A stretch of DNA of 64,000 nt from contig CM022667.1 in assembly GCA_012295275.1 (NCBI GenBank), positions 620,001 through 684,000 on the forward strand, read 5' to 3'. The position numbers were made by a program, and so were the translations under genes. The stretch comes from Chrysomallon squamiferum (taxonomy: Eukaryota; Animalia; Mollusca). Within the stretch, counting starts at the first letter, position 1. Each line of letters begins with the position of its first letter. Positions 54,391 to 64,000 of this stretch are shown here, one piece after another. The notes beneath the pieces are model-generated. The model was given only the letters and a program-made list of their open reading frames with translations, ran no database searches and was not told where the DNA came from.

Positions 54391-56920
54391 TCTGTCTGCT
54401 ACATTCCAAACACAGGTTTTTTAACATGAAGTTTGTATCTTACATACTACTCCAGTTATCAGGAGGCCGAGGTGGAAAAGGAAATATTTTATTTAAAAAA
54501 AAAAAATTAAATTCAAATCAGCTAAATCTGCTATTCAGTAACTCTAATATTGACTTGGTGTGGGGGAATTTTACAAAATACATTTTCTAAAATCAAAATC
54601 AGAATATTTCATATCCTTCGTAGACTATGGAATAAGTGACAGATTTCAGGATCATTGCTGCTCTATGTGTGCTTATTGCACAATATCCCATTCCAGCCAG
54701 GTTATTTAATGATGCTTTTTTAAATCTATGGTCATACAGACAATGGAACAAAGGAAACATTGCGTACAGTGTACTACTCTTTGTGAAGAAATCATTTTAT
54801 ATACAGCTTCCTTTCATAGGAAAACACTTACAAAGCTGATGATAAACCCTTTACTTAACAAAGAATATCTAATAATGTCGCAGTATAAACATACAAATTG
54901 CAATTGCTACCTATGTCAAATTGAATATAGTTGGTGCATTATGATAATATAATAAACTGCTGTTGAGTAGAGTGCATATATATATAAGCAAAACAGAATC
55001 TGTTATTTCTTTATCTACAGGAATCTTCTTGGCAGGGCCTTGATAAACTTGGTGGTTTGACCTTGTGAATGTTCTAGAAAATGTGAATCTGGACAGATCT
55101 ATAAAAGTTACAAATGTTAGCCATTGTAAGCAGATTCTGACTAATGATCTTTTCTTTGTATCCATGTAAACATGCCTGTTGTCTTCACATTATCAACTAA
55201 CAGAAACTGTTTGTGCTATTTCTTGTCAGACTGATAAATTAAAAGTTAAAATATATATTTTTTCTAAACTAAATAAAAAACAAAAACATCTGTAGTTTAT
55301 AAACAAGTGTGTATTCCCACCTTTCACTGAAATGATGGGGACAAAAATTAAATAACTTCATCACAGGTTATAATCAGTATCAAGTTACACATTTTAAATT
55401 GTTGTATCAAAAATTTAAATTAGAATGACCGTAAACATCAAAACCAAGAAACATCAGAAAAAAAAAAATTAATTAAGAAAATTGATGAAATAAAATAAAA
55501 CATGCTAATGAGTAAACTAATATTAAAATAAATAAAAATATACATAAATATATTTTCTTAAAAACAAACTGGTTTCTCTTTATGAACAAATGACAAATAT
55601 AATTTTATAGTCTCAACACTTTCACATTTCTTTTCCTTTTTATTTAAAAATAAATAACAGAGTACATCTTCACAACTTTCTGATGGTACATTTATTATTA
55701 AAAAAATAAATGATGGTATTCAGAATGTTCAGGAGTTATGGTAGTAAAGAACATACACTGGCTTTTATACTGAACAACAAACTGAAGATAAAAACATGGT
55801 TCATACCCAGGAATTTTATTTCTAATGCCAAACCTAAATGTTATGGTGTGGTTTCCTTTTAACACACAGAACTGCTTCATCTTATTTTTTCATTGCACAG
55901 TCTACTACTGCTACATTAAATCTGATGGTTTGAAAACAGATTAATAATATTAGTCTGTTTCAGAAGTAGATGCTCACACTGAACATTTCAATAGACAAAT
56001 AGACAATTATTTGTTTATTTTTATAATAAAAAAAAAAACCCACAGCAGTATCGTACTATTGCTAGACTGAAGAACGGTTTCATTATTTTCACTATGAACA
56101 TTTGCATTAACTATTCTGAACATGACTGTGATTTACAATAATGTTAATAATATCAGTCTATTCCATAAGTAGATAATGCACCTAACATTTCAACAGATTT
56201 TAAAAAAAAAATGTTTTAACATAATACGTAAGATTACACAAATACTGCCACTTTTCAGAATGGTTGCATTATTTTTGTGAGCAGTTTCTGGAATAGCCAT
56301 TTTGAACTTGGAATACAATGGCTTATTTTGACATTTTTACAAGAACACAGATGTACTAAGAAAAAATAAATAAATAAACCAACCAAAAATATTTTATATC
56401 ATAACACACAGGATGATTACAATTCATGCAGATCTGTAGATGTGTATGTATATAAAGCAATATGATCTAATTAAGTTTACATACAAACATCACATTGGTG
56501 CTGAAACAGTTTCATTTCTGTCTAGATAAAAAATATGGCTTACTGCATTGTAAAAACTGAGGTAAAATATGGTGTACTCAATTCAGGTTAATGAATTTAT
56601 GCTTATCACTATTGTTTCAGCCACATTTCATACAAATACCCCAACACTTACACACCAAAAAAAATGCATCGCACATATGCTCTCATACCCATACACACAC
56701 AGAAACACATTCTGTGTGAATAGTTCATTACTTTACAGATGGTTTCACTGCAAACAGTTTTTTTTCAGTCTATGGTTTCCCAACTATTTTCCTAAGCTGT
56801 CCTATGCACACATTATATATTACCAATACCCCATCAGGCTAATCCTACGGCTGGTTAACACGGGATATTCTCCTTGCACAACACATTCGCGTATCACACT
56901 CTCAGTTCAAACTCCCGATG

Positions 56921-56959
56921 TCATGATGCTGGTCTTGGTTTTAGTATCAATTTTCCTGT
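56921..56959 (-). CDS. CNEP1R1: CNEP1R1 last coding exon, TGKLILKPRPAS-stop
   Basis: Acceptor catttcag; matches human TGKLILKPRP. Confidence 0.93.
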   Translation of the reverse strand, partial: TGKLILKPRPAS

Positions 56960-57415
56960 CTGAAATGTAACATTTAAAAAAAAAAGATTTTAAAAACCAG
57001 AACAGATAACAATAATAACAATAATAATAATAACAATAACAGAGTAATAATTATTATGATAGTGATTAATAATAATAGTAACAACAACAACAATAATAAT
57101 AATAACAACAACAGAATAATAATTATTATAATGATTAATAACAGTAGTAGTAGTAGTAGTAATAATAATAATAATAATAATAGTAATTAAAATAATATAA
57201 TAAAAAATATAATAATAATAATAACAACAACAACAGTAATAATAAATACTAAATCAAAGATGAAGTTCTTTTACAGAAATCATTTGAGTTGAACATTAGA
57301 GTAAATTTTATCCTGATTTTCTTAGCCACAAAATTGTTCCAACTCTTAATTTATAAGGTAAATCAACAGCTTAGCAATAGACTGAATAATTTTTTTAAAA
57401 ATCTAACACACTTAC

Positions 57416-57470
57416 ATCATCACATGACATGTTGTAATCACTTAAGACTTGTCGACATCTTGATGCAATG
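57416..57470 (-). CDS. CNEP1R1: CNEP1R1 coding exon 5, IASRCRQVLSDYNMSCDD
   Basis: Acceptor tacag with U12-like branch site; donor GAT|GTAAGT; 55 nt. Confidence 0.93.
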
Positions 57471-58005
57471 CTGTATTACATTAAGAAAAAGTTGATGAGA
57501 ATTGAAATGTGCAAAAACAGATAACAAATGTATAATGTTCAAAGTTCAATTTTGTCTTAACAGTATGCTTAATGGCTCAGAAATTACCTCAGTTTATGAA
57601 CAAATACCTCCCTCTGTTTCTCTGCACACACACACACACACACACACCTTCAAAAAGATGTGCTACCAAAGGTTTTTGTAAATGAGTTTAGCAAGGAAAT
57701 ATTCTATGCTGCCAGACTCAAAATATATTTTTGTATTGTTTTAAAAATTCATCATTTTATTCCTGGTTATAACAATGCATGACAATTTTAAATGAAGGCA
57801 AAGAAGTAAGCAGTCAAATGCAATAACCTGTTCTAGCACTCTTACTGTCATATTTCCTGTCATATTTGTCACGTGTATTAATTAACATGTAGATGAATTA
57901 ACTAAAGTTGAAGAACTTTTATATCTATACTTATACATACAGATAACAGACAGATAAATATGAAAGAAGTAAATTCAAGTGATTTGAAAAAAAGGGAAAG
58001 GATAC
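57471..58005 (-). other. U12-type (minor spliceosome) GT-AG intron of CNEP1R1
   Basis: Donor GTATCCTTT at 58005-57997; branch-like TTTTCTTAAT at 57489-57480 followed by GTAATACAG; no polypyrimidine tract. Confidence 0.88.
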
Positions 58006-58115
58006 ATTGATGGTGCCACCACTCTTTTATGAATGCCACAAAAGAACAAAATTAAAAGTGTCAGACAGCTGAGAGTAAAGAAAGGATGATTCCACAATGA
58101 CTGAGTAAATGTGAC
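58006..58115 (-). CDS. CNEP1R1: CNEP1R1 coding exon 4, [37 protein letters not shown]
   Basis: Acceptor ttttcag; 110 nt; SLWNHPFF and [11 protein letters not shown] signatures. Confidence 0.95.
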
Positions 58116-58812
58116 CTGAAAATAAAATTTAAATTTTTTTATTATCATGCACACAAAGATGGACAGTAGACAGATGGATAGATGGGTGAATAAACGAATG
58201 AATGGATGGATGGATGTAGGTATCTACAACCATAATTCTGTAGCTATTATTTATTTATGTGGTTCATATAAAACATGCCTATCCACTAAAATACAAATAC
58301 ATGCAAACATCAATTTCTTATTCTGGAAATGGGCCAGATAAGAGTTGTTTTAAAATATGGAGTATTAAAATAATAAATGTATAAGTACAACAACAGTTTC
58401 TATTAATAAGTTCAGAATTTACTAATGTCACATAAATTTGTTACATTTATGGATTTTACAGATTTCACCTGTATGTTTTTAGTGCTTTTATATGATGATT
58501 AGAAAAGCTTACAACCATTAATATACTTGGAATAAAACTGATACATATAACAGTAACAAACAGAAACTGATATTATAACAAATAAACAAATAGAAATGAT
58601 AAATAAAACCAATGTACAAATACAACAATATATAACTACTATAACGAATAATAATTAATGGCTTGTCTTTAATCTTCAAAAAAGTCTTTATTTTTCATAA
58701 TTTTTCAAAGGACTGTGTGAGTATATGTGCTATTTCAGTTTTGTGCCAATATATACATCTCTTCAGAGTTAATTTAAGAGTTTTTTAATAAACAACAGAC
58801 TAGTACATTTAC

Positions 58813-58886
58813 CTTTGGTGTTTCTGGATCCCATAACCAAGTCCAAGCACCAACAGCAGTACACACAGATACAAACACTAGGACAA
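58813..58886 (-). CDS. CNEP1R1: CNEP1R1 coding exon 3, IVLVFVSVCTAVGAWTWLWDPETPK (transmembrane segment)
   Basis: Acceptor ttacacag, donor AAG|GTAAAT; 74 nt. Confidence 0.94.
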
Positions 58887-59262
58887 CTGTGTAAGAAACA
58901 AGAATATAGAAATAGGCACACTCACACGCACACACACATGTATACACACCATGACAAATATATATTAGTGTAAAGACAATACACTATAAAAGTTAATGGT
59001 TATTAAGTTTCAGATACATGATTCTGTATAACAAGATTAAGCCTTGCCAAGAAAGAATGATAAAACTTGCTGATATGAGCAAAGGAAAAACTCCCAACAA
59101 CAGCAAGAAATCATACCTCCAAACCTACTTGGACAAAGGAAATTTCTAAGTGGTCAGCAGAGACAATTAATTTGCACTGCTCATAACTTTTTTCAGTGTA
59201 TACTGTAAGATCAAAACAGTTTATGTAATGACTGAAAAGAAAGAGTAGGGATAAAAACACTG

Positions 59263-59426
59263 ATTCAAAGATTTGACAAAATTCATATCAAAAGGAATGG
59301 ATATTTTATAAGGACCTTTTAAAAAACTTAATCTTGCTGTTAACATTCAAAGGTTTGACAAAATTCAGATCAAAAGGAATGGATATTTTATAAGGACCTT
59401 TTAAAAAACTTAATATTGCTGTTAAC
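59263..59426. repeat. Near-perfect tandem duplication, 82 bp x 2, in CNEP1R1 intron 2
   Basis: 59263-59344 versus 59345-59426 differ at about 3 positions. Confidence 0.92.
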
Positions 59427-59670
59427 ACTACAGATCAGCATCAAGGACTATTTTATATGGAACTTTCCATACTGTGTATACATCATCCCTTAGATATGAA
59501 AAAGTAAACCTAAAGAGGCCTCTCATTAGCCATTCGTCAAAGTGTCTTATAGCATAGTTCTCTGAAAGTTTTTGTTTCTTTGTTTTCCTTAATTTCATTT
59601 ATTGTACTCTTAACGTTTTGTTAATATATAAATTTAATACTGGTAATTAAAAACTACTAATTAATCTTAC

Positions 59671-59742
59671 TTCTCCAAACTCTTGCAGCAGGCTGCATTT
59701 TGTCAATGACTTCTGTCAGTCTCCTTTCAAAAGCTTTCAGGT
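59671..59742 (-). CDS. CNEP1R1: CNEP1R1 coding exon 2, DLKAFERRLTEVIDKMQPAARVWR
   Basis: Acceptor tttgacag, donor A|GTAAGA; 72 nt; DLKAFERRLTE is the Spo7/TMEM188 signature. Confidence 0.95.
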
Positions 59743-60242
59743 CTGTCAAAAAGTAAATAATGGATATTAATCATTTATGTTGTTAAAAGTGCATAAATAC
59801 ATATGTTTTACATTCTGCTGAAAATAACGTTTTCGTGTATGAATATATAAAAGGCAGGAAGTTGAATCAGTAATATGCATTGCTTTTTCTTTTTTTGCTT
59901 CTTTTTTTTCAGTATTAACTTAAAATTATAATTTGTCTTTTAACATTACTATTTATATTTTTCACTTCAATTTTTGAAATTCTATCATCAAAATACTGAT
60001 TTAATGTTTTCAACATAAACGTGTTTAATATTTAAATTAATTTTTATAATAAACCCAAAACAAGCCTCTTTCGTAACCATCTCAACATCTGCCTACCGTT
60101 CCTCTCTTTTTGTGACATTGGCCAATATTCTACTATATTAAGAAATCGTTAAAGTCCAAAATTAGAATGCATCAAGGAAATATATCTTGCTCATTATTAT
60201 TTTCACATAACAAATTTACAAATTGTCTGAAACACAACAAAC

Positions 60243-60261
60243 CCTCAGTCTGTTCAGCCAT
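60243..60261 (-). CDS. CNEP1R1: CNEP1R1 coding exon 1, MAEQTE-D
   Basis: ataATGG start, donor G|GTTTGT in phase 1 giving EQTEDLKAF (human EQAEDLKAF); acceptor ttccag 4 nt upstream of the ATG implies a non-coding upstream exon; CDS totals 369 nt = 122 aa plus stop. Confidence 0.85.
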
Positions 60262-60425
60262 TATTCTGGAATGAAACAGATGTTTTGATTGGTTGCCTTT
60301 TATAGAACTGATGTTTGTTTCTCCTAATGCTAATCCATTCGCGAAATAATAATAATTTTCAGTACGATTAAGCATTCAGCTTTTTCGTCTGCTTCTATAT
60401 CTGTCATATCTTCGCTTCGCCGTAC

Positions 60426-60745
60426 CCTAAATTTTAAGATGTAATAGTTAAGAAAAACCATACTTTGCATTAGGTATTAATACTGTTGTGTGAAATCCAT
60501 AAATTTAATTTCGTTGAAAAAAAAAAAAAAAACCCCAAAATGCCCGAAATGCAATAAAAATGTCCAAATAAAGTAGAATTATTTCTTGTACAGAATTTTT
60601 TCATGCATGAATTATATCCGCATTCTAAATTTGAATTACGTTAAAATCAAGTTTGAGTTGTACTTCTAGTAGGCACGGTTAGGGTATTTGTGTCCAATCA
60701 AAAGTGCTTTAACATTTTTCCACGAGGCGAAGCTGAGAACAAGGA
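60426..60745. promoter_or_regulatory. Candidate bidirectional promoter between CNEP1R1 and the RRM gene
   Basis: Minus-strand donor AGG|GTACGG at 60425, plus-strand donor GA|GTAAGT at 60746, CCAAT at 60694-60698, local return of CpGs. Confidence 0.5.
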
Positions 60746-61663
60746 GTAAGTTAACATTTAATGCTGCTAAATACTATTATAATCCTATATAATGTTTTTA
60801 TATTCTGCTGTGTGTTCGATACATTTCATAAAAATACAATTAGCGCGACATTTTAAACAATGAACGCTTTATTTGTCGATATTTACTACTTTTCAGAGGC
60901 ACCGTGTTTATTTTTGTCCATGATGGCGGCAGTTTTTCCAGAGAAGCATTGATATTTTTATTTATTTATATATGTATTTTTGGACAAATTCTAAAAATAT
61001 TGCTGAAATATAGAATGTTGTTCCCTATAATCGGTAATTTTTTATTCTGATTGATTTTATTCATTTATGTTTTAAATTGGGATTTTAAACAAGGAATTAA
61101 TGACTATAAGTGAATATAATTTGATAATATTCACTTTTCTTAATTCTGTGATCATAAGTCAAGTAAGTTGCTGTATAGTTATTTTCTAATCTTTTTAAAT
61201 TTATATATAAGAAATAGCTTATTTTCAACGACAATAATGATAAAATATGTAAACTAAATAATATACTTTTAACTTACATAAGTTATTATAAGTTACATAG
61301 TAAATATTAAAAATGAAATAATTCTTACTAAATTAAACACAATATGTTCATTCAGTTTAAGAATTAGATTATGAACACTACTATTACTATGCAATGGGAT
61401 AAACATTTTATGTAGATGTGATATTTATTTCCATTGTTGCATCTTTGTAAATATTTAATATAATGCTTTTCATTTTCCTTATTTTTTTAAAAACTGAAAT
61501 GATTCATGTTTATTTCACCAAATACTTTATTGATTTGGTTGTTATTTTGTTTTTTTTCAGCATTATTTATTGAAAATAAATTATTTTTATTGATTGACAG
61601 AAAAATTGCAGAAATTTTTTGCTTGTGACAAGACTACCGCTGTAGTGAATTTTATTATGTAAA

Positions 61664-62090
61664 ATGCCTTCACCGAGCCACAAACAATATCGAGTCAGGA
61701 GAGGTAGTAGCAGTTCATCCAGCAGTTCGGAGAGTATAAAAAAAACAAATGTTAAACAGTGCTCTCGATCGCGATCGCCTTCCGATTCTAATCATGGGAA
61801 AAAAGAGCGTGGACGTAGCCGATCAAGGAGTCGCAGACACAGTCGGTCAGTGAGTCACCGGGACAGTCGTTCGACCAGTTGTCATCGCAGTCGATCACGT
61901 AGTCGTCTTCGTAGTGATTCATCAAGTCGATACCGTTCAAGAATATCGAAAGACGAAGCTCCTGTACGACCAGTTACAAGTGATAAGCCAGAATTTCTTA
62001 ATTCTCGTGTTTTTGTTGGTCATCTGCCTTCTGATCGTATAACCAATGAGGAATTTCAGCATCATTTTAGCAGATATGGAAAGATTCTAG
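61664..62090 (+). CDS. First coding exon of an RS-rich protein with an hnRNP C/RALY/invertebrate NCOA5-type RRM (RNP2 in NSRVFVGHL)
   Basis: taaaATG start; Ser/Arg-rich N-terminus; NSRVFVGHLP...FSRYGKIL resembles hnRNP C NSRVFIGNL...FSKYGKI; donor TAG|GTAACA, phase 1. Confidence 0.85.
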
Positions 62091-62648
62091 GTAACATGTT
62101 CACAGTTTGAATGTATATATATATATTTATTATGTAATATATTTCTTAATAGTTTTTATTTTATTTTTAATATTGTATTTTTTATTTTTGTTTTGCATTT
62201 TAATAAGTAATTATATATATATATATATATATATAAAACCTGAAAAGTTAAACCAGAATTTAGGTTTAGATAATGAACTGATCATATTTTAGAATTGCGC
62301 TGCATGCACTGATGCCATTATTTATTTATGCATTAGATTTTCTAACAACTTTTAACATTTAATAAATTAAAAAGTTTATAATTTTTACACTCCAATACAT
62401 TAGACTGAAGACAAAGCGACACTATTTTTATATGCCAGAATTATTGAAATAACTAATCTTCTTTCCTCAGTCACTAGTAATTAACTTAACAGCATTACAT
62501 TTGTTTTTCTTTAAATGAAATGAACTTTTTTCATTTTAAAACACTATACCATTGGACATTTTGCAATCTGTATAAAGCACAATTATTACTAAAAACACAA
62601 TCAAATGTAACTGCATATTTTGATCTTTTTGAAATTTTTATTTTCTAG

Positions 62649-62759
62649 ACAGTGTTGTCCATTATAAAGGTTATGGATTTGTTCAATTTTCAAATGAGCA
62701 AGATGCACTGAGAGCAGTTGCTATGGAAAAGTCTGCTTTATTGAAAGGCAATGTGATTG
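62649..62759 (+). CDS. Second coding exon of the RRM gene, DSVVHYKGYGFVQFSNEQDALRAVAMEKSALLKGNVI; gene continues beyond right edge
   Basis: Acceptor ttttctag, donor G|GTATGT; 111 nt in frame; RNP1 KGYGFVQF. Confidence 0.88.
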
Positions 62760-64000
62760 GTATGTACGGAAAACACGTTTTATTCTTCTCTTTCGCTTGT
62801 ATGATCCACTCTGTTTCGCTTACGTATTTAACAACTCAGGGTGTGCATTTTCATCACATGAACTTACTTTGTAGTTGCAGTTTAAAAAAAAAAAAAAATT
62901 AATTAAAAGAAAAAAGAAGAGGAGTTTGTGAGTAAGAAAACAGTACTAACCATTTAAACTTTGTAGAATTATTAAAAACCACCTGATGATAAAGTAAATA
63001 TTTATTCATGAAACCAGAAAATATGCTCCAAATGTCTACATCTATTAAATGGATGTATAAAATTTGAAATGACTACTGTTACAGTAAACATTGGCAAATG
63101 TTATTAAGTATTATGTGCAAGGTTTTGAATCGAGGAAACATTTATATTTGATCTTTCTAACCAGATAGTTTTTGTTTTAATTTCATTATAAACGTATTAT
63201 ACTTCACCATCAGTTTCAACAAAAGTTTCAAATCAGAAATGTCACATTTTGTTCACCTTGCATAAAATTGTTATTAACCAGAATGACAGTTCCTTAATAA
63301 CCAATTCATTGAGCTTTATTTTAGTTTTCTGCACATAAAAGAAACCAAAAAAAGTTACATTCTGCTGTAACACAAATTTTTTTTTTAATAATAATAACAT
63401 AAAATGTTAAAATTTTTACATACAGTTTATATTGTATGGTAGGTTTCTGAAACATTTTATTTTGAAAATTAATTTGTGTTTATGTTGGGTAACTTAGATA
63501 CTAAAAACAAATTTTAAAAATCAACATTGAGCATAAGGCTGCGTACAACTATTATATGGAATCCTGATGTCATATATCTGAATTACAGTAACCAAGAAGC
63601 AATAATATGCATGTATATTCATACAGAACAACCTTTTTTTTTCGAGAAGTAGACTGAACCACTATCAAATGTTATTTTTTTCATACATGAAATTGGATGT
63701 GCCAGTCAGAAAGTCCTAACTGGTATAGAAGTTACATTCATTGTCATTTTATAAATGCAAAATAATTTCAGAATAATCTGCCAAACAAATCTTTGCTTAA
63801 TTGAATGTTCTTTTGTTTAATTGGTGTGCAGATAATTGTATTCTGTTCTCTAGCTGGAATTGGACAGTGCCTGTATTTATACATGATTAAACCAAATCAG
63901 TAAATGAGTGTTCAAATAACTATATATGGTGGTTTTCTTATTCATCGCTGTTTGGTTTTATAATTTAATAACAGTAACAGCCATTAAAAATCTTGTTTGA

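Noticed and set aside
45533-54400. Duplicate exons 7/8 as in vertebrate Go1/Go2
   Set aside because: No second NRM..SL.LF or TCATDT-coding segment was seen in introns 6-7 or downstream
56569-56970. 133-aa plus-strand ORF
   Set aside because: Antisense to the CNEP1R1 last exon and 3' UTR, with no recognisable homology
60885-60930. Minus-strand GCCGCCATCATGG as the CNEP1R1 start
   Set aside because: Only weak donors follow, and MAEQTE at 60261 matches the family N-terminus with correct phase

Overview
Eukaryotic (animal, most likely molluscan/lophotrochozoan judged from the Galpha-o sequence) AT-rich, microsatellite-rich genomic DNA with spliced genes; no prokaryotic features. Four genes were reconstructed by hand from splice signals. 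(1) The first three exons of WDR59 (GATOR2 subunit) lie on the minus strand at 108-1094 and run off the left edge. (2) A complete 8-exon G protein alpha-o gene (GNAO1 orthologue, 354 aa) lies on the plus strand at 8087-45532, with a 23.6 kb intron 2 and probably a very long 3' UTR. (3) A complete 6-coding-exon CNEP1R1 (Spo7/TMEM188, 122 aa) lies on the minus strand at 56921-60261; its intron 4 is a U12-type minor intron. (4) The 5' part of an RS-rich, hnRNP C/NCOA5-type RRM protein gene starts at 61664 on the plus strand, head-to-head with CNEP1R1. Main leads: candidate internal promoters and alternative first exons in Galpha-o introns 2 and 3 that splice in frame and would give P-loop-less isoforms; a CpG-depletion boundary near 39 kb; eight full CRE palindromes around Galpha-o; an overlapping uORF on WDR59; and ancient linkage matching human 16q and its paralogon. 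Nearly all ORFs in the supplied track are microsatellite artefacts.
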